From: an uncultured Eubacteriales bacterium
Lineage (GTDB): Bacteria; Bacillota; Clostridia; TANB77; UBA1234
Assembly: GCA_964400015.1 (NCBI GenBank)
Contig: CAYNRR010000002.1
Location: 38,751 to 102,750, forward strand
DNA length: 64,000 bases
Direction of reading: 5' to 3'
The notes beneath the pieces were generated by a model. That model had not been told where the DNA came from, made no database searches, and saw only the letters and a list, made by a program, of their open reading frames with translations. The translations under genes and the position numbers were made by a program. Shown piece after piece: positions 37,435-49,160 of this stretch (position 1 is the stretch's first letter; each line of letters opens with the position of its first letter).

Positions 37435-39768
37435 ATGTCACTTTGCTCAGTTTGTAAGAAAAATACTGCTGTAGTGTTTGTTAATAGAATTATTGATGGA
37501 AAGCCGAAGCTTGAAGGACTTTGTCTTGCTTGTGCTAAGGAAAGAGGTATAAATCCTTTGGCTTCTATGATGAAACAATATGGAGCATCTGAAGAAGATA
37601 TTGCTAATTTGAATGAACAGTTTGATGAGATTGTTTCTTCTTTGTCTTCTGATGATATGGATATTCCTGAAGAACTTATTGAGGAAATGGGAAAAATGGA
37701 TAACCCGGAGGCTTTTTCTTCGATGCTTTCTAATATTTTCCCTAATGCGACTAATAATTGCGAAGCAAAGCACTCACCTTTTAAGGATAATTCAAAAGTT
37801 TCGTCTAAAACAAGTAAGGATAAGAAAAAAGATAAAAAGAAAAAAACTTTGGATGCTTTTGGTGTTAATTTGACTGCTAAAGCTATTGATGGAAAAATTG
37901 ATAAGCTAATTGGTAGAGATGTTGAAATTGAAAGAATTACTCAAATTTTAAATCGTCGCACTAAGAATAATCCTGTACTTATTGGCGAACCTGGTGTTGG
38001 TAAAACAGCTATTGCACAAGGTTTAGCTCTTAAAATTGCGAATAAAGATGTTCCTGCTAAACTTTTGGGTTGCGAAATTTATCAAATTGATATGACGTCA
38101 ATGATTGCTGGTACTCAATTTAGAGGACAATTCGAGTCTAGAATGAAGTCTTTAATTGAAGAGTGTCGCGAGTTAGGAAATATTATTTTGGTTATAGATG
38201 AACTTCACAATATAATGGGTGCAGGTGGCGACGTTGATCATACTATGAATGCTGCCAATATTTTAAAACCTGCTCTTTCTAACGGAGATATTCAAGTTAT
38301 TGGTACTACAACTTTAAAGGAATACAGAAAACATATCGAAAAGGATGCTGCTTTGGAAAGACGTTTTCAACCTGTTTTTGTTGAAGAACCTAAAATTGCA
38401 GATACTATTGAAATTATGCTTGGCATAAAGGATTATTATGAGAATTATCATCATGTTAAAGTTTCTGATACTTTAATTAAACAAATTGTTGTTATGTCAG
38501 AAAAATATATACATGACAGATTTTTGCCTGATAAAGCAATCGATATTTTAGATGAAGCTTGTTCAAAGGTTAATCTTACAAATAAAGTGTTGGCTCAGCT
38601 TCAAATATTGAAGGAAGAACTTGATAAGGTTCGTGAAGAGAAATCTTTCCTTGAAGATATTGAAATTATTGATGCAAACACTGAACCTGATTATGAGAAA
38701 ATTGCTAAACTAAAATCTCATGAGACCGCTTTAATAAATCAAATCGCCGATATTTCTCAAGGAAATCTAGAACTTGAATTAACAATTGATGATGTCGCTG
38801 CCGTTATTGAAAATTGGACTAAAATCCCTGCTTCTAAGATTTCTGAAACTGAAGCTGAAAAATTGTTAAATCTTGAAAAGAATATTCATAAAAAATTGAT
38901 TGGTCAAGATAAAGCTGTTTCAGCTGTTTCTAACGCTATTAGAAGAAATCGTGCAGGATTAAGAAACAAAAAACGTCCACCTTCATTTATTTTTGTTGGA
39001 CCAACAGGTGTTGGAAAAACTGAACTTGCTAAATGTATTGCTAACGAATTATATGGGAATGAAGAATCTATAATCAGAATAGATATGTCTGAATACATGG
39101 AAAGCCATTCTGTTTCTAAGTTGATTGGCTCACCTCCTGGCTATGTAGGATATGATGATGCTGGTCAATTAACAGAAAAAGTTAGAAGAAATCCATATTC
39201 GCTTATCCTTTTTGACGAAATCGAAAAGGCTCATTCCGATGTGTTTAATTTGTTATTGCAAATATTAGATGATGGAAGGCTTACAGATGCACAAGGCAGA
39301 ACTGTTAACTTTGATAATACTATAATCATTATGACTTCTAATGCTGGTTCTAATTTAAATAACAACGGAATCGGTTTTAACAGAAATGATGCTCCACTTG
39401 TGGAAGCAAGAGTTATGGAAGCCTTGAAATCGTCTTTCAGACCAGAATTTTTAAATAGAGTCGATGAAATTATCGTATTTAACACATTAACTAAAGACGA
39501 GCTATTAAAAATTATCGAGTTAATGCTAAATGAAATTTCTGACGAATTACTAGAAAAAAATATTCATATTGAATTTAGTTCAGAAGTTAAAAATTATATT
39601 TTAGAAAAAGGATATGAAGAAAAATACGGTGCTAGACCTCTTCGTAGAGCGATTCAAAAATATGTTGAAAATGAACTTGCTGAATGCTTACTTAAAAATG
39701 AACTTTTACCAAATGACACTGTAATTTTGAATTTAGTAGATGATAAAGTTATTGTATCTCATACATAA
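37435..39768 (+). CDS. clpE: ATP-dependent Clp protease ATP-binding subunit ClpE (N-terminal zinc ribbon plus two AAA+ modules)
   Basis: N-terminal CSVCKK...CLAC zinc finger; two Walker A motifs, GEPGVGKT and GPTGVGKT; 777 aa. A TTGACA-17-TAGTAT promoter is upstream, and a CCCCAAAGCG..CGCTTTGGGG terminator at 39775-39805. Confidence 0.9.
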   Translation: MSLCSVCKKNTAVVFVNRIIDGKPKLEGLCLACAKERGINPLASMMKQYGASEEDIANLNEQFDEIVSSLSSDDMDIPEELIEEMGKMDNPEAFSSMLSNIFPNATNNCEAKHSPFKDNSKVSSKTSKDKKKDKKKKTLDAFGVNLTAKAIDGKIDKLIGRDVEIERITQILNRRTKNNPVLIGEPGVGKTAIAQGLALKIANKDVPAKLLGCEIYQIDMTSMIAGTQFRGQFESRMKSLIEECRELGNIILVIDELHNIMGAGGDVDHTMNAANILKPALSNGDIQVIGTTTLKEYRKHIEKDAALERRFQPVFVEEPKIADTIEIMLGIKDYYENYHHVKVSDTLIKQIVVMSEKYIHDRFLPDKAIDILDEACSKVNLTNKVLAQLQILKEELDKVREEKSFLEDIEIIDANTEPDYEKIAKLKSHETALINQIADISQGNLELELTIDDVAAVIENWTKIPASKISETEAEKLLNLEKNIHKKLIGQDKAVSAVSNAIRRNRAGLRNKKRPPSFIFVGPTGVGKTELAKCIANELYGNEESIIRIDMSEYMESHSVSKLIGSPPGYVGYDDAGQLTEKVRRNPYSLILFDEIEKAHSDVFNLLLQILDDGRLTDAQGRTVNFDNTIIIMTSNAGSNLNNNGIGFNRNDAPLVEARVMEALKSSFRPEFLNRVDEIIVFNTLTKDELLKIIELMLNEISDELLEKNIHIEFSSEVKNYILEKGYEEKYGARPLRRAIQKYVENELAECLLKNELLPNDTVILNLVDDKVIVSHT

Positions 39769-39810
39769 AAAGAGTAATCCCCAAAGCGCATTTCGCTTTG
39801 GGGATGTCTT

Positions 39811-40005
39811 TTACTCCTTGGTCGTGATATACACCCGATAGCCCTCCGACTTGTTGGGATCGAGCTCAATCACCGCCGCGTTCCACTTAGACTGCGATGT
39901 GCCGACGCCATAGGTCTGGTTCACCTTCGTGAGTTTAATCATAGCTTCCTGGTAAGTGTAGCCTACTTTGGGATCGCCATAATTTTTACTAAAGTACAGT
40001 TTCAT
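39811..40005 (-). CDS. 64-aa hypothetical protein encoded in a roughly 50% GC islet (MKLYFSKNYGDPKVGYTYQEAMIKLTKVNQTYGVGTSQSKWNAAVIELDPNKSEGYRVYITTKE); probably acquired horizontally
   Basis: AGGAGGAAAATTTCCATG RBS plus start at 40005. The GC content is far above that of the flanks. It contains an in-frame CGG (Arg) codon. The ORF-track 105-aa version is over-extended upstream. Confidence 0.5.
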   Translation of the reverse strand: MKLYFSKNYGDPKVGYTYQEAMIKLTKVNQTYGVGTSQSKWNAAVIELDPNKSEGYRVYITTKE

Positions 40006-40108
40006 GGAAATTTTCCTCCTAAAAAAATAAGATGGTTTTGTACAATATTTAACGTACACATATATTATAGCACAATTTGCACTTATTTGCCATAATAATT
40101 CAGGAAAT

Positions 40109-40765
40109 TTACGAAATATAGTTTTCAACCAAATTATTTAGCTCTTCATCACCGTATACTTCTACTCCCTGTTTCAATTTGGCGATTTCTAAACTAGGTA
40201 ATAGCTCTAGTTCTATGTTAACTTCATCTACATAAGTTGCTTTGTCCTCGGTTAATTGATTAAATATTTTCAATTTATTATCTTCTATTTTTAATACATA
40301 ATGCTCTTCGCAATTAGCTTCTATATCTTTACTTAAAATTAACTCTTCTTGAGTAAACTTTTCAATTTCCCATCCTAGGTACTTTTTCGCAATATCTTCT
40401 TTTGTATAATTTACTAATTCTCTAGGTATTTGCATTCTGTTTACAGATGTATGCCCACATAAAGCAAAGTTCTTTTTTATTACCATTTCTGCATTTGGAG
40501 ATAATTTAACTTCGTCTATTGAAACCGTTATTGCATCTTCATTCTCTCCAGAGAATACATCTTTCGCTATTTCTTGTTCCTCCAACTTTTCTAGATTATA
40601 TTCTTGTTGGATTTTTTCAATAACTATATCCTGAACACTTTTAGCAATATTAGCTTCTGTAGCTTTAGTTATTTTCCCAGTAAAATCTGTCGCAGAATAC
40701 AAACCCACCGTAATACCTATAACAAAGGTTAATAATAAAAAAATATATTCCACAATTTTTGGCAT
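40109..40765 (-). CDS. hypothetical membrane-anchored protein, 218 aa
   Basis: One N-terminal TM helix; lies downstream of comEC; no motif recognised. Confidence 0.45.
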   Translation of the reverse strand: MPKIVEYIFLLLTFVIGITVGLYSATDFTGKITKATEANIAKSVQDIVIEKIQQEYNLEKLEEQEIAKDVFSGENEDAITVSIDEVKLSPNAEMVIKKNFALCGHTSVNRMQIPRELVNYTKEDIAKKYLGWEIEKFTQEELILSKDIEANCEEHYVLKIEDNKLKIFNQLTEDKATYVDEVNIELELLPSLEIAKLKQGVEVYGDEELNNLVENYIS

Positions 40766-40816
40766 GATTATCTCTCCCCTCTTTAAAGGTATTATTTACC
40801 GAATTTAGAAATATAT

Positions 40817-43141
40817 TCATTCCAATTTTGTTTTAATTTTTATCATGCCGCCATCATATATCTTTATATTTATTTCACCCAATTCACTGGTCATTAGCAC
40901 CTTGCTAACTTCCATGAGTCTTTCAACTACATCTTTATTAGGATGACCATAACTATTGTTTTTGGCGACACTTACAAGTGAAATTTTAGGTAAAACAATC
41001 TTTATAAATTCTGATGATGATGAAGTTTTGGCACCATGATGCCCGACTTTTAAAATATCTGCATTTAACTGCTCTTTAGTATATTTTTTTAATAAAGTTT
41101 CTTCTACTTCCTTTTCGGCATCTCCAGTGAATAAAATACTTCTATCATTACAAGTTGCCTTTATAATTGCAGATAAGTTATTTACGTTGCTTTCTTGTAT
41201 ATTGTCAGCTGGATACAGAATTTCAAATTTAATATCATCTATTTTTAAAATATCCCCCTCGCTAACAAACTTTATTGCTATATTTTTATCGTTTGCAATT
41301 TTCTTCAATTCGTTTATTTTTTCGTCATTTTCAAGATAAGTACTTATAAAAACTTTTCCCACCTTAAAATTTTTCAAGATAGTAAATATTCCATCTATAT
41401 GATCTGCATGTGCATGAGAAACAAATATATAATCAATTTTCAGATATCCACGATTTAGCAAATATGGCATCAGTATATTTTGCCCAACGTCATAATCACT
41501 AGTTTCACTGCCTCCTCCATCAATTAAAATTCTCTTTCCTCTTTCAGTAACAAGTAAAAATGAATCACCTTGTCCAACATCTATTGCCGTTAATTCTACG
41601 TAGTTCTTAGGCCAAATCTTTAAAATAGTTGATAATATTACTAAAAGAAAAAATATTAAGTACGTACACTTTTTTAATTTAGCTTTCAATAAATTTTTAG
41701 GACGATTACTTACCTGTAATAAATAAATTTGTTTTTTATTTATGTAATTGTCGTATTCTAAAAATATTAGTATATAAAATATGGTAATAAGCCAAGGAGA
41801 TGGCGTTGGAAGAATTAGATTTAAAAAATCAAATTTTGAGAAAAATTCCGACATTACTAATATGTATTTCAATATTGGATTTACTAAAATAACAAATACA
41901 TTAGCTATCTTAGTAGATATAAATGTAATTATTAAAAGTGCTATTCCTAGAAATGTTAAAATGCTTGTCACTGGGACGATAAATATATTAGCTATGATTC
42001 CGATTATAGAAAAGGTATTGAAAAAATACAAACTTATCGGAGCAATAATTATTTGTGCCGATAAATTTAAAGCTATGTTTTCGGAAACAAAATCGATTTT
42101 TATGTATTTAGATATAATCTCTTGCATTTCTTTTGAAAAAACTAAAATCCCTACAGTTCCTGCAAATGACAGCAAAAAACCTATATTCAAAAGTGCAAGT
42201 GGATTAACAATCAGAATAAAAAATGCCGATGATATAAGATTAGTAATACTATCTGATTTTCTTAAAATTATATTTGCTATCAGATTTAAAATCGCCATTA
42301 TGCCAGCCCTTAGAACTGATGGCGAAGCACCAGAAATTAAAACAAAAAGTATTACGAAAATAATTGAAATAAAATCACTGTATCTTTTTCCAAAAAGTTT
42401 AATAATTATTAAATTTGAAAAAGCTATAATCAGTGCAACGTTTGAACCGGATACTGCAAGCAAATGACTAATTCCTGAATCTCTAAAATCCTCTTTTGTT
42501 TTGTTTGAAATATCTGTCGTTTCTCCAATTAGCATTCCACTTAAAACACCTGCATATTCCTTTTTCAAGACTTTTTTAAAGTTATCATGTATAACATTTT
42601 GAATACTATAAATCACTGATTTAAATGACGTTTCACAATCATAATTTTCAAATGATTCTACCATAATTGTTCCATAAATGTTATTTGAATTTAAGTACCT
42701 TCTATAATCAAACCCACCTTTATTACGTGCAACATTTGGCAAAGAAAAAGTTCCATTTATGGATACTCTATCTCCAATTTTAAATACACTATTTTCTCTT
42801 TTCTTAAAATAAATTATAAATTTATCACCACTTTCATTTTCACAATTATACTTATATGTATAATCACTTTCTTGCAAATGCGAAAGTATAGTGATATTCC
42901 CTATTATCGACGAATCATCTATATATTTTGTATCAAACTTCATCAAGGTGTTTTTAGTGTAAATGTTTGAAAATATAATGATTACAAATAAAATTAAACT
43001 TATAAATTTTAATTTTTTATTAAACACTAGTATATAAAAATATAAAAAAATGAGAGCTATAATCAGAAACTTTGTTTCTAAATATAACCCCCACAGTATT
43101 CCTATAATTAACGCTAGTGTTATCTCAACAATTGATAACAT
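40817..43141 (-). CDS. comEC: DNA internalization competence protein ComEC/Rec2
   Basis: Polytopic membrane domain plus a C-terminal metallo-beta-lactamase domain (...SHAHADHIDG...); 774 aa. Confidence 0.9.
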   Translation of the reverse strand: MLSIVEITLALIIGILWGLYLETKFLIIALIFLYFYILVFNKKLKFISLILFVIIIFSNIYTKNTLMKFDTKYIDDSSIIGNITILSHLQESDYTYKYNCENESGDKFIIYFKKRENSVFKIGDRVSINGTFSLPNVARNKGGFDYRRYLNSNNIYGTIMVESFENYDCETSFKSVIYSIQNVIHDNFKKVLKKEYAGVLSGMLIGETTDISNKTKEDFRDSGISHLLAVSGSNVALIIAFSNLIIIKLFGKRYSDFISIIFVILFVLISGASPSVLRAGIMAILNLIANIILRKSDSITNLISSAFFILIVNPLALLNIGFLLSFAGTVGILVFSKEMQEIISKYIKIDFVSENIALNLSAQIIIAPISLYFFNTFSIIGIIANIFIVPVTSILTFLGIALLIITFISTKIANVFVILVNPILKYILVMSEFFSKFDFLNLILPTPSPWLITIFYILIFLEYDNYINKKQIYLLQVSNRPKNLLKAKLKKCTYLIFFLLVILSTILKIWPKNYVELTAIDVGQGDSFLLVTERGKRILIDGGGSETSDYDVGQNILMPYLLNRGYLKIDYIFVSHAHADHIDGIFTILKNFKVGKVFISTYLENDEKINELKKIANDKNIAIKFVSEGDILKIDDIKFEILYPADNIQESNVNNLSAIIKATCNDRSILFTGDAEKEVEETLLKKYTKEQLNADILKVGHHGAKTSSSSEFIKIVLPKISLVSVAKNNSYGHPNKDVVERLMEVSKVLMTSELGEINIKIYDGGMIKIKTKLE

Positions 43142-43156
43142 ATAACTCCAATCTTT

Positions 43157-43840
43157 TTATTTTACGTAGTCGCTTGAAACCCATCCAGTACGACCATTAA
43201 CTGTAATTTTGTGCCATCCATTTGTGCTTTCTTCAATAACAACAGTTTCACCTTTGTTCACTTTTGTAATGATTTCAGCAGTAGTAGAAGGGCTTAGTCT
43301 AACATTTAAATATGGTTCTGCAGTAACTACACCTGTTGCTTTTGTTGTATTAACATTTAATTCATTATCTTCTGGAAATGATATATTATCTGTTTTTACC
43401 CAACCTGAAATATTGATACCTTTTGAATCTACGCCTGTCACTTGTGACCAACCACCAGAATACTTTTGAGCTGTTACTTTTGTATACTTTTCAATTGTTC
43501 CAAGTCTTTCAGACGTTACATCAGTAGTTGTATGAACATCTGCAAGTACTGATTTTATTTCAGCATTTGTATATAACTTACTAATCGGTTGTGGCTTATC
43601 TGAAAAGCTTTCGCCAGAAGTACTTGAGGTATTGTCATCTAAATCATTTGAGTCACCAGAATATACTCCATTGTCATCTGGATATACAACACCTGGATCA
43701 ATTGAAACCAATACATCATTATTTGTACCTTTTTTATCATCGACAGTGTCTTCTGCCCAGATACTTTTTAATATTACTACACATATAACTATTGGTATAA
43801 CAAAAACTGCAATTAAAATAACTTTCTCTAATCCCTTCAT
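43157..43840 (-). CDS. SH3b-domain-containing membrane-anchored protein
   Basis: N-terminal TM helix. C-terminal SH3_3-like repeats (...GWSQVTG...ISGWVK..., ...GWHKITVNGRTGWVSSDYV). The start was set to the ATG at 43840, after a GGGGG RBS. Confidence 0.55.
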   Translation of the reverse strand: MKGLEKVILIAVFVIPIVICVVILKSIWAEDTVDDKKGTNNDVLVSIDPGVVYPDDNGVYSGDSNDLDDNTSSTSGESFSDKPQPISKLYTNAEIKSVLADVHTTTDVTSERLGTIEKYTKVTAQKYSGGWSQVTGVDSKGINISGWVKTDNISFPEDNELNVNTTKATGVVTAEPYLNVRLSPSTTAEIITKVNKGETVVIEESTNGWHKITVNGRTGWVSSDYVK

Positions 43841-43864
43841 ATTAAAAACCCCCATAATTAAATA

Positions 43865-44965
43865 TTACATGTAATCCTTTAATTTTTTACTTCTACTTGG
43901 ATGTCTTAATTTTCTTAAAGCTTTAGCTTCGATTTGTCTAATTCTTTCTCTAGTAACTTGGAATTCTTTTCCGACTTCTTCTAGAGTTCTAGCTTTACCA
44001 TCATCAAGACCAAATCTCAATCTTAAAACTTTAGCCTCTCTAGGTGTTAAGGTTTCTATAATCTCATCTAATTGCTCTCTTAAAAGTGTGTATGCTGCAA
44101 GTTCTGATGGAGAAGGTGCATCATCGTCAGGAATGAAATCTCCTAAATGACTATCTTCTTCTTCGCCAATTGGTGTTTCAAGAGAAACTGGTTCTTGTGC
44201 AACTTTCTTAATCTCTTTTACTCTTTCAACTGGCATTTCCATTTCAGCTGCAATCTCTTCGATAGTTGGTTCACGACCTAATTGTTGTAATAAGTGTCTT
44301 GAAGTTCTAATCAATTTATTTATTGTTTCAACCATATGAACTGGTATTCTTATTGTTCTAGCTTGGTCCGCAATAGCTCTTGTTATAGCTTGTCTAATCC
44401 ACCATGTAGCATATGTTGAGAACTTATAACCTTTTCTGTAGTCGAACTTTTCAACGGCTTTAATTAAACCTAAATTACCTTCTTGAATTAAATCAAGGAA
44501 TAACATTCCACGTCCAACATATTTTTTAGCTATACTTACAACAAGTCTTAAGTTTGCTTCTGATAATTTTTTTCTTGCTTCTTCGTCGCCTTCCATCATT
44601 CTGCTTGCATATTCAATTTCTTGTTCTGCTGTTAATAGTGGGATTTTACCGATTTCTTTTAGATATAATCTAACGGGATCATCAACACTAACTGAATCAG
44701 GGACATCCATTTTTTCAATATCTTCAAGTTTGATATTTTCTTCTTCAATGTCCTCTAATTCTTCAAAATCTGGTTCGTCATTGTCTTCAATAATTTCAAT
44801 ATTAGCAGTTTCTAATATCTCATAAATTTTTTCGACTTGTCCAGCATCTAATTGATGCTTTTCAAGTATATCAATGATTTCTTTATACGTGATGCAACCT
44901 TTTTTACCAGCAGCTTCAACTAATTGCTTGCTGATCTCTTTTATGTCTTTCTTCTCTTCACTCAT
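43865..44965 (-). CDS. rpoD: RNA polymerase sigma factor RpoD/SigA
   Basis: Sigma-70 regions 1.2 to 4: ...[16 protein letters not shown]..., ...[13 protein letters not shown]..., and the region 4 HTH. Confidence 0.95.
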   Translation of the reverse strand: MSEEKKDIKEISKQLVEAAGKKGCITYKEIIDILEKHQLDAGQVEKIYEILETANIEIIEDNDEPDFEELEDIEEENIKLEDIEKMDVPDSVSVDDPVRLYLKEIGKIPLLTAEQEIEYASRMMEGDEEARKKLSEANLRLVVSIAKKYVGRGMLFLDLIQEGNLGLIKAVEKFDYRKGYKFSTYATWWIRQAITRAIADQARTIRIPVHMVETINKLIRTSRHLLQQLGREPTIEEIAAEMEMPVERVKEIKKVAQEPVSLETPIGEEEDSHLGDFIPDDDAPSPSELAAYTLLREQLDEIIETLTPREAKVLRLRFGLDDGKARTLEEVGKEFQVTRERIRQIEAKALRKLRHPSRSKKLKDYM

Positions 44966-45001
44966 TTTACTACCTCATTCCTTCCTAACACATTTTTAAG
45001 A

Positions 45002-46819
45002 TTATTTTTTGGCAAGCTTGCTGATAATTTCTTGAAGTTGGCTACCTAGTAATCTTTTTTCATCTTCTGTAAGATCATCATTTTGAAGCTTTTTCAAAAC
45101 TTCTTTCTTCTCATTTTGTAATTTTTCAATTTTAATGTTACGAATAATTTCTTTAGCAAATTTATCTGTATCATCTCTAATGTTGTTTTTCATCATTGCC
45201 TCAGAAAGTATGCTTTTTTCATAATCAGTATCACAAACACTCATTATGTCTTTATCTTCAATATTTCCAGTTTCATAAAAATCATATAATTTTGAAATCA
45301 ATGATTTATTTATAGAACTTTCAATATCTTTAATCGTATATACGTCTTTTAGCATTTGAAATATTTCTTGTTTATGTAGTGTTAATAAATAAATTATCAT
45401 TTTCTCTCTTTGATTTTTAGCTTTTTCAGTAGCAGTTTCATCAACATTTAATACAACTGGCTTTGGTTGTTGCCATTTATTGTTTTGATAAGAACTCCTA
45501 ATAGTTCGCTTTTCAATTTCTGCGATAATTGCTTCTTTACCAACATTTAATTCTTGTGAATATTTATCTACATACACATCACGTTCTATCGTATTTTCAA
45601 CTTTTGAAAGAACTTCTGCCATTTTTGTTAAAAAATTGATTTTATCTGAAATATCATCTAAATTGTACTCTGATTTTAGCAAATCAATTTTGTATTCTGC
45701 AGGTGAAATGCTATTATCTATCAACTTTTCAAATCTTTCTGGTCCATATTTTAAAACGTATTCATCTGGGTCTTTTGCACCATCCATTTTTAAAATTTTT
45801 ACTGGCACACCTAACGATTGCATGATTTCAATTCCTCTTTGAATTGCTTTTTGCCCAGCTGCATCTGAGTCATATGAAAGCACTACTTCATCTGCATACT
45901 GACGTAAAAGCCTTCCTTGTTGCTCTGTAAGTGCAGTACCTAATGATGCAACTACATTAGTAATTCCTGCTTGATGAGGTGATATAACATCCATATATCC
46001 TTCAACAACTAAAAGCCTTTTCATTTTTTCATTAGAACTTTTAGCAACATTTAAACCATATAGGTGCCTACCTTTTGAATAAATCAAGTTTTCTGGTGAA
46101 TTCACATATTTAGGTATACCTTTTGCTTTCATTACATCAGACGGTTCCAAGGTTCTGCCACCAAAAGCTATCAATCTTTTTCTTACATCAAAAATTGGAA
46201 ACATGAATCGGTTTTTAAACTTATCGTACATATAACCTTTTTCTGTTTTTCCAACAAGTCCTGTTGCAAGAATATTTTCTTCCTTAAAATTTTTAGATTG
46301 TAGCAATTTTGTAAGACCATTATCATCTAGTGCAAATCCGAGTCCGTATTTAGCAACAGTCTTTTTGTCGATTTGCCTTTTTATAATATAGTCTTGGGCC
46401 ATCTTAGACTTTTCTATATTGTCATAAAAAAACCTACCTGCAATTTTATTGATTTCGTACATCTCTGCTTTATTAGCTTCTCTTAATCGAAGCTCTTCTT
46501 GCGATACGTCTAAATCATAATTGCTCACAGGCAAGGTTATATTAACACGTTCTGCTAAAAATTCTATTGCTTCTGGAAAACTAATGTTTTCTACCTTCAT
46601 AATAAAGTGAATTACATTTCCTCCTGCACCACAACCAAAGCAATGAAATATTTGCTTATCTGCAGCTACCGAAAATGAAGGTGTTTTTTCACGATGAAAT
46701 GGACATAAGCCGAAATAACTGTTTCCTTTACGTTGTAAACTAACGTAACGTGATATTACATCAACGATATCATTTGATGCTCTAACTTCTTCAATTACTT
46801 CATCAGAATAAAACGCCAT
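45002..46819 (-). CDS. dnaG: DNA primase DnaG
   Basis: Zinc-binding N-terminus ...CPFHREKTPSFSV...HCFGCGAGGN; TOPRIM domain ...VVEGYMDVIS... Confidence 0.95.
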   Translation of the reverse strand: MAFYSDEVIEEVRASNDIVDVISRYVSLQRKGNSYFGLCPFHREKTPSFSVAADKQIFHCFGCGAGGNVIHFIMKVENISFPEAIEFLAERVNITLPVSNYDLDVSQEELRLREANKAEMYEINKIAGRFFYDNIEKSKMAQDYIIKRQIDKKTVAKYGLGFALDDNGLTKLLQSKNFKEENILATGLVGKTEKGYMYDKFKNRFMFPIFDVRKRLIAFGGRTLEPSDVMKAKGIPKYVNSPENLIYSKGRHLYGLNVAKSSNEKMKRLLVVEGYMDVISPHQAGITNVVASLGTALTEQQGRLLRQYADEVVLSYDSDAAGQKAIQRGIEIMQSLGVPVKILKMDGAKDPDEYVLKYGPERFEKLIDNSISPAEYKIDLLKSEYNLDDISDKINFLTKMAEVLSKVENTIERDVYVDKYSQELNVGKEAIIAEIEKRTIRSSYQNNKWQQPKPVVLNVDETATEKAKNQREKMIIYLLTLHKQEIFQMLKDVYTIKDIESSINKSLISKLYDFYETGNIEDKDIMSVCDTDYEKSILSEAMMKNNIRDDTDKFAKEIIRNIKIEKLQNEKKEVLKKLQNDDLTEDEKRLLGSQLQEIISKLAKK

Positions 46820-46993
46820 TTTCCTCTCCCTTTATTTTTCGTTTTTTTCTTGCTATTATTCATGTTACAGCAAGAACGGTAAAAAATTTTCAATATTTTA
46901 GCAATATTTTTGGAATTTATCAACCCATATTTATAATAATTCGACCTATTTTTAAAAAATCCTGCTTAAGTTTACCATAAATTTATTTTTCAT

Positions 46994-49042
46994 CTATAAA
47001 GCTATCTTTTCTTTAAATAATTTATCTATTTTTGTAAGTAATTTCTCGTTTTCTGGTAGTAATAAATCTGGATCTTTTTCAATTATTAAGTTAGCAACCT
47101 CTTGTGCCTTCTTTAATATTGGAATATCTACAAAAAGATTCGCCACTTTAAATTCTGGAATACCATGTTGTTTAGTTCCAAAAAAATCACCTGGTCCTCT
47201 AAGTTCTAAATCTTTTTCAGATATGACAAAACCGTCATTGCTTTTTTGCATGATTTCCATTCTTTGCTTTACCACATCCGATTTACTGTCGTATTTTAAT
47301 ATACAATATGATTTAAACTTCCCTCTTCCGACTCTACCTCTAAGTTGGTGTAACTGTGCAAGTCCAAATCTTTCGGCATTTTCAATAATCATTATTGTAG
47401 CATTCGGTACATCAACTCCAACTTCGATTACTGTTGTCGAAATTAAAATATCAATCTCTTTATTTTTGAATTTTGCCATTATTTCATCTTTTTCTTTAGG
47501 TCTCATCTTTCCATGAAGCATTTCCACTTTGAAATCTTTAAAAACTTTTTTGTAATATTCTAACTGTTCCACCACTGACTTTACGCCATCCATACTTTCA
47601 GACTCTTCTACTAGTGGACAAACAATATATGCTTGACGGCCTGCTGATAATTCTTTTATAACAAAATTATTAACACGTTCTTCTAAATTTCGTCTAACAG
47701 CATATGTATCTATTTTTTGTCGTCCTGGTGGCAATTCATCAATTATCGATATATCTAGATCACCATATAATATTATGGCAAGCGTTCGTGGGATTGGAGT
47801 TGCTGTCATTACCAATGTATCAACCTTTTCACCTTTTGCTGAAAGAATTCCTCTTTGTCTAACGCCGAATCTATGTTGCTCATCAGTTATTACAATTCCA
47901 ACATTTTTGAAAACAACATTTTCTTCAATGAGAGCATGAGTGCCTACAATCATATCGATTTCACCATTTTTAAGTTCTTCTAGTATACGCTCTTTATTTT
48001 TCTTGGTAACATCTCCTGTAAGAAGTTCAACTTTTATATCAAATATTTCCATCATACCTTTTATACCTTGACAATGCTGTTTAGCAAGAATTGCTGTTGG
48101 AGCCATTAATACGGCTTGATATCCATTTCTTACTGCTTTGAACATTGCCATTGTTGCAACTACTGTTTTACCAGAACCAACATCTCCTTGAACTAGTCTA
48201 TTCATAGACTTTTCAGATTTCATATCTTTGTCAATTTCGCTCCAAACTCGAGCTTGTGCCCCTGTCAATTTATATGGCAATGTTTCCAAAAATTCGTTTA
48301 TATTTTCATCTTTTTCAAACGAAATTCCTTTGTGGCTTTCTTGTCCTTTTTCTTTAAACCTCAAAAGTCCCAATTGCATAACTAATAATTCTTCAAACGC
48401 AAGTCTATATCTTGCCTTGTCAAAATCTTCTAAACATGTAGGAAAATGAATGTTGTATATTGCTTCTTTTATATCATTTAAACCATATTTTTCTCTAATC
48501 CAATTTGGAAGATTTTCAATTAACAAATCTTTTGATGCGCTCACTGCATTTTCAACTATTCCTCTAAAGACATTCTGCGTAATCCCTGCTGTTAATGGAT
48601 ATATAGGGATTATCTTTCCTGTATTTTTGTAATTTTCTTCATTATCAAATACTGGTGACTGCATTTCTATTCGTCCCAATGTGTTTTTTACTTTTCCATA
48701 AAAAGAATACTCATTTCCAACTCTAAGTTGCTTTTTTATGTATGGTTGATTAAACCAAGTAAAAATGATATTTCCTGTTTCATCTTTTCCTATTGCCTTA
48801 TAAATCGTCATGTTACGTCTAATACGTGTTTCACTGACGTTAGACGCAATTACTGCTTTCACTGCCGTAGTTTCCCCATCTTGCAATTCTTGAATTTTTT
48901 TATAATTTCCCCTGTCTTCATGCTCACGTGGAAAATAGTTAATTATATCTTCAACTGTGAAAAGCCCTAATTTATTTAATATTTCAATTCTCGCAGGTCC
49001 AACACCTTTAAGAAAGCGTAAATCCATATTCAAATCAGTCAT
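46994..49042 (-). CDS. recG: ATP-dependent DNA helicase RecG
   Basis: Wedge domain plus SF2 helicase motifs (GDVGSGKT, DEQHRFG); 682 aa. Confidence 0.9.
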   Translation of the reverse strand: MTDLNMDLRFLKGVGPARIEILNKLGLFTVEDIINYFPREHEDRGNYKKIQELQDGETTAVKAVIASNVSETRIRRNMTIYKAIGKDETGNIIFTWFNQPYIKKQLRVGNEYSFYGKVKNTLGRIEMQSPVFDNEENYKNTGKIIPIYPLTAGITQNVFRGIVENAVSASKDLLIENLPNWIREKYGLNDIKEAIYNIHFPTCLEDFDKARYRLAFEELLVMQLGLLRFKEKGQESHKGISFEKDENINEFLETLPYKLTGAQARVWSEIDKDMKSEKSMNRLVQGDVGSGKTVVATMAMFKAVRNGYQAVLMAPTAILAKQHCQGIKGMMEIFDIKVELLTGDVTKKNKERILEELKNGEIDMIVGTHALIEENVVFKNVGIVITDEQHRFGVRQRGILSAKGEKVDTLVMTATPIPRTLAIILYGDLDISIIDELPPGRQKIDTYAVRRNLEERVNNFVIKELSAGRQAYIVCPLVEESESMDGVKSVVEQLEYYKKVFKDFKVEMLHGKMRPKEKDEIMAKFKNKEIDILISTTVIEVGVDVPNATIMIIENAERFGLAQLHQLRGRVGRGKFKSYCILKYDSKSDVVKQRMEIMQKSNDGFVISEKDLELRGPGDFFGTKQHGIPEFKVANLFVDIPILKKAQEVANLIIEKDPDLLLPENEKLLTKIDKLFKEKIAL

Positions 49043-49160
49043 ATTAAGTCCTCCATCTACGCATTTAATTATCGCAAACTTTTGTTCTCAAGTCAATAAT
49101 CTTGAAGATTTCAAGAAATTATGTTATCATACATTCGAAATTGCCTAGAAAGGAGTTTTG

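Noticed and set aside
41781-42467. 228-aa plus-strand ORF inside comEC.
   Set aside because: It is an antisense shadow of the comEC membrane domain, with no RBS and no motifs.
49102-49160. Upstream start (MKISRNYVIIHSKLPRKEFC) for the McrB-like gene.
   Set aside because: It has no RBS and overlaps the recG upstream region. The ATG at 49161 is preceded by AAAGGAG at ideal spacing.
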